NCBI GenBank assembly: GCA_043825875.1
Contig: JBDRRF010000079.1
Location: 128,001 to 192,000 of the forward strand
Source: Pseudomonadota bacterium
Lineage (GTDB): Bacteria > Desulfobacterota > Desulfobacteria > Desulfobacterales > RPRI01
DNA length: 64,000 bases
Direction of reading: 5' to 3'
In this document: positions 56,510-64,000 of the stretch, piece after piece
Layout: each line of letters begins with the position of its first letter
Numbering within the stretch: position 1 is the stretch's first letter
Made by a program: the position numbers and the translations under genes
The notes under the pieces: generated by a model
The model's input: the letters and a program-made list of their open reading frames with translations, nothing else
Told to the model about the DNA's origin: nothing
Databases searched by the model: none

Positions 56510-59017
56510 ATGACCGGCAACATATATTATCGCCCCATTATCCCGCTTTTGCTATCGTTGATAACAGGCATATCATGCGGCCTCCTTTTGCCAGGCTACA
56601 GCTTATGGGCATATTTTTTTACAGCTTCTTGTTTTGTATTTCTACTCATAAAAATTATCAGAAAAAAATCAGCCGTTTTTCTTCCGATCATTTTGTTTAT
56701 CTTTCTTGGCTACCTTTCAATCCAGCCCTGGCTTTGTGACAAAATTTCTCCTTCTAACATATCTTATTATGCCGACAGTGCCCCTATAAATATATCCGGC
56801 CGGGTAATCGAAAACCCAGAAATAAAAAATAACAGACTTTCATTTGTGCTTCTTGCTAAACAAATAGAAGATAAAGGAAATAATTTTCCCGTATCAGGCA
56901 AGATAAACGTTAAGGTATTTAAAAGTCTTCCTGATATATCGGCAGGCGATAGTGTTTGGTTTAAAAGCAGAATCAGATCCATAAGAAATTTTAATAACCC
57001 AGGAGGTTTTGATTATAAAAGGTATATGAGCTTTAAAGGCATAAGCGGTATTGCTTATGTTTCCGGAGATAAGATAAGAATAGAAAAAGAAGAGAAAAAT
57101 ATAACAGGAACACAGTTAATCGAAAATGCGCGTAAAAAGTTTTCAGTATTAATCGATAATACCGTTCCTGCCGCAGAGGCCGGAGTTTTAAAGGCACTTA
57201 TAATAGGAGATAAAAGTTTTATTTCCAAAAAAATACGTGAGGATTTCAACCGTACCGGAACAAGCCATGTATTGGCTATTTCAGGTCTTCATGTAGGAAT
57301 TGTTGCAGCTGTATGCTTTCTGCTTTTTAAGACTATACTTTCTTATTCCAATTTATTTCTATGGAATGCATGGACAAAAAAGGGCGCTGCAATTTTATCT
57401 TTGTTTCCTGTCATACTTTACGGGCTGATTGCAGGGATGTCGCCTTCAACTCAGCGGGCGGTTATCATGGTTTCGGTTTTTCTTATAAGTTTTTTTATAG
57501 AAAAAGATCAGGATGCAATAAATACTCTTGCTGTTGCTGCATTGCTGATACTTGCTTTTTATCCCCCGTCACTTTTTATGATATCTTTTCAACTTTCCTT
57601 TATATCGGTTTTTTTCATTATTCTTGGAATGAACTATACGATTTACAGGAAAAACAAAAAAAGCGAATATGATAAAGGCTGGCTTTCCGGCATAAAAAGA
57701 AAAACCGCTGCTTTTTTTCTTGTTTCATTCTTTGCGATAATAGGCACTTTACCTCTTGTAATGTATTACTTTAATCAGATTTCATTAGTCGGTCTTGTTA
57801 CAAATTGTATCGCCGTGCCATTGATTGGATTTGTGGCTGTGCCTGCCGGACTTCTTTCTTTTTTTATTTATCCCATAAGCAGCATTTTTTCTATGTGGCT
57901 TCTAAAGGCAGCTTCAGCAGTTTTGGAAATTGCTCTTGGCCTTATTAAATATTTTGCAGATTTGCCTTTTGCAGCTCTTAAAACCATAACACCATCTATC
58001 TTTGAAATAGTGTGGTACTATTTACTTTTATTTACGCTTTTTGTGATTTTAAAAAGAATAGTAATAAGAAAAGAAACAATAAAAAGCAGCACTATCCTTG
58101 AATCAATCAGATTAAGAGCGCCTTTAATTGCATTAATATTTCTGATAATTGCGGGATACGCCAATTCATGGTACTGGCTTGATAAAAGATTTTTACACAA
58201 AGATTTGAAAGTTACGGTTATTGATGTAGGCCAGGGAACTTCTTCTCTTCTTGAACTTCCGGGCGGCTATAATGTTCTTGTTGACGGAGGCGGATTTTCA
58301 GATAATTCAGTATTTGACGTGGGGCGTTATATATTAGCTCCCTTCTTATGGAAAAAGAAAATAAATACTGTGGATACCCTTGTTCTTTCGCATATAGACA
58401 GTGATCATTTAAACGGTCTTTTATATATTGCCAAAAATTTTCATGTAAAAGAAGTATGGTCAAATGGTGAAGCAAAAGATAGTCTTGGATATAAAAATTT
58501 TCTTGAGATTATAAGAAAGAAAAATATAAAAATGCAGGATTATAGCGATATAAATAAAGGAAAAACCATAAACGGTGTGATGTTTAAAATACTGTATCCT
58601 GAAGCAGGATTTATGGAGAAAAAAGATACATGGAGAAAAGGTGATAACAGTTCACTTGTTTTAAAAACAGTATTTGGCACAAAATCGTTTCTCTTTACAG
58701 GAGATATAAAGGCCAAAGGAGAAGCTGACCTTATAAGAGCTGCCGATGAATTACTTAAAAGTACTGTTGTCATCGTACCTCACCACGGAAGTAAATCTTC
58801 CAGCTCACAAAAGTTTATTGATAAAGTAAATCCGGAAATTGCTATTATATCAGCTGGCTGGAAAAACAGATACAAACTCCCAAGTCCGGTGATACTTGAT
58901 AGATATGAAAAAAGAATGTGCAATATATACCGCACAGATGAAAACGGAGCTATAGAAATGTCAACAGATGGGAAAGAATTGATGATAACGCCATCAATTG
59001 GCAAAGTAGAATCATAA
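56510..59017 (+). CDS. comEC: DNA-uptake channel ComEC/Rec2
   Basis: NPGGFDY, SHVLAISGLH, DVGQG, SHIDSDH, PHHGS and RTDENGAI motifs. Confidence 0.95.
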   Translation: MTGNIYYRPIIPLLLSLITGISCGLLLPGYSLWAYFFTASCFVFLLIKIIRKKSAVFLPIILFIFLGYLSIQPWLCDKISPSNISYYADSAPINISGRVIENPEIKNNRLSFVLLAKQIEDKGNNFPVSGKINVKVFKSLPDISAGDSVWFKSRIRSIRNFNNPGGFDYKRYMSFKGISGIAYVSGDKIRIEKEEKNITGTQLIENARKKFSVLIDNTVPAAEAGVLKALIIGDKSFISKKIREDFNRTGTSHVLAISGLHVGIVAAVCFLLFKTILSYSNLFLWNAWTKKGAAILSLFPVILYGLIAGMSPSTQRAVIMVSVFLISFFIEKDQDAINTLAVAALLILAFYPPSLFMISFQLSFISVFFIILGMNYTIYRKNKKSEYDKGWLSGIKRKTAAFFLVSFFAIIGTLPLVMYYFNQISLVGLVTNCIAVPLIGFVAVPAGLLSFFIYPISSIFSMWLLKAASAVLEIALGLIKYFADLPFAALKTITPSIFEIVWYYLLLFTLFVILKRIVIRKETIKSSTILESIRLRAPLIALIFLIIAGYANSWYWLDKRFLHKDLKVTVIDVGQGTSSLLELPGGYNVLVDGGGFSDNSVFDVGRYILAPFLWKKKINTVDTLVLSHIDSDHLNGLLYIAKNFHVKEVWSNGEAKDSLGYKNFLEIIRKKNIKMQDYSDINKGKTINGVMFKILYPEAGFMEKKDTWRKGDNSSLVLKTVFGTKSFLFTGDIKAKGEADLIRAADELLKSTVVIVPHHGSKSSSSQKFIDKVNPEIAIISAGWKNRYKLPSPVILDRYEKRMCNIYRTDENGAIEMSTDGKELMITPSIGKVES

Positions 59018-59072
59018 TGCTTGTGAAATATTTACAACTGCAAAGTTCATTTACGCTAGCGAGGCAAAGAAA

Positions 59073-59864
59073 TTGAGCGATATGAAAAATGTACTTGAGG
59101 ATCTTTATTGCAGATATAACAAAAGAGAATATGTACATCCTGATCCTCTCGAGTTTCTCTATAATTACAGTGAAATCAGGGACAGAGAAATTGCAGGATT
59201 TATTGCTTCATCGCTTGCATATGGAAGGGTTGCACAGATCTTAAAAAGTGTTTCTTCCGTTCTCGATAAAATGGGGCCTTCTCCTTACTCATTTTTAGTG
59301 AATTCAAAACCCACAGATATTAAAAAAAATTTTAAAGGTTTCAAGCACAGGTTTGCTGATGATAGAAATCTCTATGCTGCATTGATCGGCTTAAAATATA
59401 TTCTTATGGAGTACGGGTCATTGTACGACTGTTTTCTAAAAGGAATAAAAGAAAATGATGAAACCATCCTTGGCAGTATGGAGTTTTTTGCAAAAAAAAT
59501 TGTTTCGGGTTGCAATGCCAGCCCCGGACATCTTGTTCCGGTAGTGGAAAAAGGAAGCGCCTGCAAAAGACTTCATCTATTTTTGCGCTGGATGGTTCGA
59601 AAAGATGATGTTGATCCGGGAGGTTGGGATATGATATCGTCTTCAATGCTTATTATCCCGCTTGATGTTCACATGCATAAAATTGGGCGGCTGTTTGGTT
59701 TTACAAACAGAAAGCAGGCGGATATTTTAACGGCTCTTGAGATTACATCCGGTTTCAGAAAGCTTGTTTTTGAAGATCCCGTTAAATATGATTTTACATT
59801 AACCCGCTTCGGGATAAGAGATGATATGGATATTGACAGCTTATTGAAAGAATGCCATCTTTAG
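59073..59864 (+). CDS. TIGR02757/DUF2400 family protein
   Basis: HPDP, SLAYGRV, SACKRLHLFLRWMVR, PLDVH and DPVKYDF motifs. Confidence 0.88.
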   Translation: MSDMKNVLEDLYCRYNKREYVHPDPLEFLYNYSEIRDREIAGFIASSLAYGRVAQILKSVSSVLDKMGPSPYSFLVNSKPTDIKKNFKGFKHRFADDRNLYAALIGLKYILMEYGSLYDCFLKGIKENDETILGSMEFFAKKIVSGCNASPGHLVPVVEKGSACKRLHLFLRWMVRKDDVDPGGWDMISSSMLIIPLDVHMHKIGRLFGFTNRKQADILTALEITSGFRKLVFEDPVKYDFTLTRFGIRDDMDIDSLLKECHL

Positions 59865-59879
59865 CCAACAAGACAAAGC

Positions 59880-60095
59880 ATGGAGACCGATATGACAATA
59901 GATCGCATGATTTTGGCTTTTGCCGGAAGTTTTATTCTAATCAGTTTGCTTTTATCCTATCTTTTCAGCCCTTACTGGCTCTGGTTTACTGCGTTTGTCG
60001 GGGCTAATCTTCTGCAATCGGCTTTTACAGGCTTTTGTCCTATGGCCAAAATATTAAAACTGTTCGGCGTAAAAGCTGGAATAGCTTTTAAATAG
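59880..60095 (+). CDS. DUF2892 small membrane protein
   Basis: [21 protein letters not shown] motif. Confidence 0.88.
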   Translation: METDMTIDRMILAFAGSFILISLLLSYLFSPYWLWFTAFVGANLLQSAFTGFCPMAKILKLFGVKAGIAFK

Positions 60096-60438
60096 CATGC
60101 AGCTTTTTTTCTATTGATTTAATTAAGGCAAAGTGTTAGCGAAATTTTTTGTAGTGTTGTTCATTATACAATTTGTATCATTATGGTATTTTATGAAAAA
60201 AAATAATCCGATACCACATTTTATTTTATTACAAATTCTAAAGGATTTGATATGACCGGATACAACAAAAGCCCCAATCTTCATACAATTGAAGCAAGGG
60301 GTTTTTGTTTTTTTTAAATTAACTTAACTTTTTCCATAAATTATTTATAATCTGATTTTACGCATGCGATCACATTGATCATCGTCAAGTTTTTAGAAAA
60401 AAAATAAACTTTCAGGCAGAAAATCGGAGTATACACGG

Positions 60439-61092
60439 ATGAATGATATGCCAATTAATAAAATAAAATTTGTTTTTATTATTATATCTTTTTTTTGTAT
60501 TTTTAGAGTATCTGCAGCATGGCCTTTTACTTTTTCTGAGTATGAAAAAGAAGATAGTTCCGGAATTGCTGCTGAAAATATTTCCGTTGATTTAAAAAAT
60601 GAACTTAAATGTCTTAAAAATAAAAAAATTGCTGTTATGATCGGTGAAGAGGTTATCGAAGGCAGGTATAAAATAAAATCAAGCTCAAGCAGCCACCTTG
60701 TGGAAGCATTAAACGAACAGTTAAATCAACTGGGCTTAAAAACATATACGCCTGAAGAAATTAACAGCCAGATAGTAAAAGCCGAACAGGAAGCTTTTCT
60801 ATCAAATGATATTGATGCCGCAGTAAGTGCCGCAACGAGGCTGAGCGCAAAATATTTTTTAAAAGGTTTAATATCGACAAAAACACAAAAAAATCCCGTA
60901 ATCGGTATCGATGAAATCTTTCTTACTCTTAGCCTGACAGTTGTTGACGCAAAAGGAAGAAATCTGGCTTCAGGTATACTAAGTGATGCGGTTTTTTCAG
61001 ACTCAAATACTACAGCTACCGCACTTAAACTGGTCAGAACAAACTCAGCCGGTTTAATTTCGGATCTTTTCGAAGGGGTTTGCAGTAAATAA
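60439..61092 (+). CDS. exported hypothetical protein (CsgG/TolB-N-like alpha/beta fold suspected)
   Basis: Signal peptide; first gene of a three-gene operon. Confidence 0.6.
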   Translation: MNDMPINKIKFVFIIISFFCIFRVSAAWPFTFSEYEKEDSSGIAAENISVDLKNELKCLKNKKIAVMIGEEVIEGRYKIKSSSSSHLVEALNEQLNQLGLKTYTPEEINSQIVKAEQEAFLSNDIDAAVSAATRLSAKYFLKGLISTKTQKNPVIGIDEIFLTLSLTVVDAKGRNLASGILSDAVFSDSNTTATALKLVRTNSAGLISDLFEGVCSK

Positions 61093-61139
61093 GAAAAGGA
61101 ATCAAGAATCAGAATAACAAATTATCCTGGGAGAACAAC

Positions 61140-62576
61140 TTGAAAATAAAACCTTTATATGCCGGAACAAAAACATTAAAAGATGTATTAACGCCGAATT
61201 TAAAGTTTAATTTGTTTTTATTTTTTATTCTTTTATCTCACATATTTTTTTTCAACCAAAACCAGGTAATGGCGGCAGATAAAACTGAAGCGAATACAAT
61301 AATCGTATCCGCCGAAGGTCTTGCCGATCCCAATGCCGATATATATAAAAGTGATAAAGGTTTGATGATAGACGATCTGCGTCGTGATGCCAGAAGACAG
61401 GTTGTTGAAAAAGCCGTAGGCACATATGTTGATAGCTCAACTCTTGTTGAAAATTACATGTTGATAAATGACAAGATTCTTACCAAAAGTAAAGGGTTGA
61501 TAAAGCGGATAATAAAAGAGACATCTCCCACACTTGGTGAAGACGGTCTCATGCACATGTTTATTAAGGCAGAAGTTTTTCTAAGTGATGTTAAAAGCGC
61601 CATAAAAACAATGTCTAAAGAAAACCGCCTTAGTCTTATTAAAGAAAGCGGTAATCCAACAATATCGGTTGCAGTGCTTGTAAGGGACTCAAAACGTGGT
61701 TCCAATACCCCACCCGAAGCATCTCCAATTGCCGAAAATGTACTTAAAGAGCATTTCGTTAAATTCGGTTACAGGGTATGGTCTGAAGATTATACAAAAA
61801 TGCTTCGTGGTGAACTTGCCAAAACAGACTCCAAACGGCGGGTTGCCGATTTTTCGGTAATAGGTGAAGCAAAATTTAAAGCAAACTCGATAACACTGAA
61901 AAGATCCGGCATTACAGTGACAAAACATATTCTCACATCATGGACTGTAAAGTGCATTAACAACCATACCGGTGAAGAAATCTATTTTAACAACAAGGTA
62001 CCGAAAAAACAGAGCTGGACTGATGAAGACGAAGCTATCCAGGCTATAGGAACATTGATCGGACAGGAATTTTCCGAAGATTTTTTTAATGACCATCTTT
62101 CCAAACCTTCACAAATCATGGAAGTGCAGCTTACCGGTTTGCCTGATTATGATACGGGAGTATTGTTAAAAAAGGAACTTATCGGACTCAGACCGATATT
62201 AAATGTCGATTTCAGAAACTTTAATGCGCAAGGTTTATCGTATTATGAGATCGATTTTGCCGGAAGCAGCAGCAATATTGCCCAGATAATAAACGCCAAT
62301 GTTTTAAAACCTATAAATGCAAAATTAGGCATTAAGGCATTCAAGCTTACTTCCCATCATGGAAATGTAGTAAATATCACGTTTAATATGGGTGAAAAAC
62401 CGGGAGCTATCCGGAACAAACTTAAAACCATGCCCCCGGCCTCCCTTTCGGCAGCCAGTCCGGAAAGAATCAAAACGGTTGTAAAAGATCCAAAGATAAT
62501 TGAAAAAATTACAGAAATGAACCCTGATATGGGTAAGAATAAAAACACCGGAACATCGGATATAGCTGATTTTTAA
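61140..62576 (+). CDS. exported protein with FlgT-N/LPP20-like N-terminal domain
   Basis: VSAEG..DARRQVVEKAVG.YVDSSTLVEN..DKILTKSKG pattern; signal peptide. Confidence 0.55.
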   Translation: MKIKPLYAGTKTLKDVLTPNLKFNLFLFFILLSHIFFFNQNQVMAADKTEANTIIVSAEGLADPNADIYKSDKGLMIDDLRRDARRQVVEKAVGTYVDSSTLVENYMLINDKILTKSKGLIKRIIKETSPTLGEDGLMHMFIKAEVFLSDVKSAIKTMSKENRLSLIKESGNPTISVAVLVRDSKRGSNTPPEASPIAENVLKEHFVKFGYRVWSEDYTKMLRGELAKTDSKRRVADFSVIGEAKFKANSITLKRSGITVTKHILTSWTVKCINNHTGEEIYFNNKVPKKQSWTDEDEAIQAIGTLIGQEFSEDFFNDHLSKPSQIMEVQLTGLPDYDTGVLLKKELIGLRPILNVDFRNFNAQGLSYYEIDFAGSSSNIAQIINANVLKPINAKLGIKAFKLTSHHGNVVNITFNMGEKPGAIRNKLKTMPPASLSAASPERIKTVVKDPKIIEKITEMNPDMGKNKNTGTSDIADF

Positions 62577-62616
62577 ATTAAATTTTAATAAAAAAATAGA
62601 TAAAGGAGATTCAAGA

Positions 62617-63396
62617 ATGAGAAAAATTTTGTGCTTTGTTGTATCTGTGTTTTTTATTTCAATGATGTTATTTTTATCAGGTTGTGTGCCGTCTGCAACC
62701 GGTGGCTCTGTTTTTCAGCAGGCCAATGCCGAAGCGGACGCAGTTATATATCAGCCTGTTGACTACACGAACAAATCAAAAAAAGGGCCAACACTAATAG
62801 TACTGCCGGGACAGATAAAAAGCAGTAATGCCACTTTTATTCAGAAGGTAACTTCAAACAATATAGCGGATTTTGCCGAGCTGGAACTGGGCAATGCCAA
62901 TTTCCCAGTTCTTGAGCGTTCTGATTTAGGCCCCATGTTAAATGAGATCAATCTTGCTGTTAATATGGGTGATGCAACCGCTTTGAAAAAATTTAAACGT
63001 GGTAAATTTAAATCAACAAAATGGTTCGTCAAATTTGATATTTTAAAAGCTGAACACGTTGCAGACACTACTTCAGGATTTTCAGGGCAGGCTATAGGAA
63101 GCATCTTTGATACAGTAGTAGGCGGAAAAACCGGTGATATAGGCGGAACCGTATTGTCCTCAAGCAAGACAGGCGATGCTGCCGGAATGTGGCTTGTCGG
63201 TCTGCGTTACAAAATAATGGATGCTTCAACTTCCGAACAAGTAGCTACCGGCTATATTGAGAAAAAAATGGATACCGGCAAAAAAGCGGTTTCCATGTTA
63301 GGTTTATCAGGTTCGGCTGCAAAATTGGTTACGGTAGATACTATTGTTCACCGGCTTGTCCAGGAAGCAGTTGCTGAAATTGATATGAAAAAATAA
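62617..63396 (+). CDS. CsgG/HfaB-family lipoprotein
   Basis: Lipobox LSGC; F.VLERSDL..EINL motif, Gly-rich hairpin, DASTSEQV. Confidence 0.7.
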   Translation: MRKILCFVVSVFFISMMLFLSGCVPSATGGSVFQQANAEADAVIYQPVDYTNKSKKGPTLIVLPGQIKSSNATFIQKVTSNNIADFAELELGNANFPVLERSDLGPMLNEINLAVNMGDATALKKFKRGKFKSTKWFVKFDILKAEHVADTTSGFSGQAIGSIFDTVVGGKTGDIGGTVLSSSKTGDAAGMWLVGLRYKIMDASTSEQVATGYIEKKMDTGKKAVSMLGLSGSAAKLVTVDTIVHRLVQEAVAEIDMKK

Positions 63397-63433
63397 AATA
63401 TTGAATCTAAAATTGATTAAAACCCTTACGGTC

Positions 63434-63465
63434 GAAGCTCCCGGATGCTTGCATCTGGGAGCTTC
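63434..63465. terminator. strong hairpin between convergent genes
   Basis: GAAGCTCCCGGATGC-TT-GCATCTGGGAGCTTC. Confidence 0.7.
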
Positions 63466-63603
63466 AATTTTGATTCGCAATTTACCGACTCTTTTTATGC
63501 TTACTTTTTAATTTTGTAAATGCGGTTATCCTGTGTTGCAGAGTTTTTGAGTTTGGTGGATTTATTTTATAGCTGCAGATTCCGATTATTACGAAATAGT
63601 CTG

Positions 63604-63999
63604 TCAGGTCAATTTAAAATCAAGCGCCTCTCTTACTGCCTTTGCAATTTCTTTTATGCGATATGGTTTTTTCACATATGCGCAGGCACCAAGTTTTAAG
63701 GCTTGCTTTACCCTTTCTGTTTCAGAAAATCCGCTACAGATTATGATCTTCTGGCTTGGATTGCTTTCAAGAATTCTTGTGCATGTTTCCAGACCGTCAA
63801 TTCCTGGCTCCATGATCATGTCAAGCAGGATAACATCGGGTGTATTGTTTTGAAGATATTCTAATGCTTTTTCTCCACTTGATACGGCTTCTAAGCTATA
63901 GCCAAGATATCCAAGCAGATTGGAAGCAACATCCTGCTGTTCTTTTACATCATCAACAACAAGAATTTTTTCTGAGCCATAATAGGATTTTAGTGAATA
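63604..63999 (-). CDS. C-terminal receiver domain of a probable hybrid histidine kinase (truncated by window edge)
   Basis: Frame open to the window end: GSEKILVVDD..LLDMIMEPG..SGFS..KKPY. Confidence 0.85.
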   Translation of the reverse strand, partial: YSLKSYYGSEKILVVDDVKEQQDVASNLLGYLGYSLEAVSSGEKALEYLQNNTPDVILLDMIMEPGIDGLETCTRILESNPSQKIIICSGFSETERVKQALKLGACAYVKKPYRIKEIAKAVREALDFKLT

Positions 64000-64000
64000 A

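Noticed and set aside
59021..59037. Rex-like operator TTGTGAAATATTTACAA
   Set aside because: One base short of the TTGTGAA-N4-TTCACAA spacing, and upstream of a gene with no obvious redox role
60125..60315. c-di-GMP riboswitch upstream of the CsgG-like operon
   Set aside because: GGCAAA..GAAA is present but the stems do not pair; only a plain terminator-like hairpin (~60267-60314) is visible
275..63853. Numerous short antisense or overlapping ORFs in the track
   Set aside because: Shadows of well-supported genes, lacking SD sites and family motifs
1..64000. CRISPR array, tRNA or rRNA genes
   Set aside because: No regularly spaced repeats, tRNA cloverleaf or rRNA signature found by eye

Overview
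AT-rich bacterial chromosome segment, most consistent with a sulfate-reducing Desulfobacterota (Desulfobacterales-like); this is inferred from a complete qrcABCD operon and the style of the intergenic repeats. Core blocks: an MltF-like lytic transglycosylase, a tandem pair of cupredoxin-like genes, a periplasmic thiol-redox operon (TlpA, peroxiredoxin, CcdA-TlpA fusion), late cobalamin genes (cbiA-cobQ-cobU-cobS-cobD-cbiB), a DUF2339/DUF3999-like pair, qrcABCD plus an unannotated 50-aa membrane ORF, murA, comEC and a CsgG-like operon. There are two accessory regions. The first (~26.5-37.1 kb) is bracketed by a duplicated flavin-oxidoreductase 5' end and holds decayed attC-like sites, two group II intron remnants, cassette-like genes and a probable UGA-recoded DUF1573 selenoprotein missed by the ORF track. 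The second (~46-56.4 kb) is a defence island with Fic, ORF6N, a type I R-M system, an AlbA_2/Schlafen-like protein and RhuM. Other highlights are an IS1182-family element inserted exactly in the loop of a REP-like hairpin inside a small TSD-flanked element, and three 143-bp MITE-like elements of two families with a shared structural core, two of which sit on stop codons. All family calls come from motif recognition by eye; no database searches were run.
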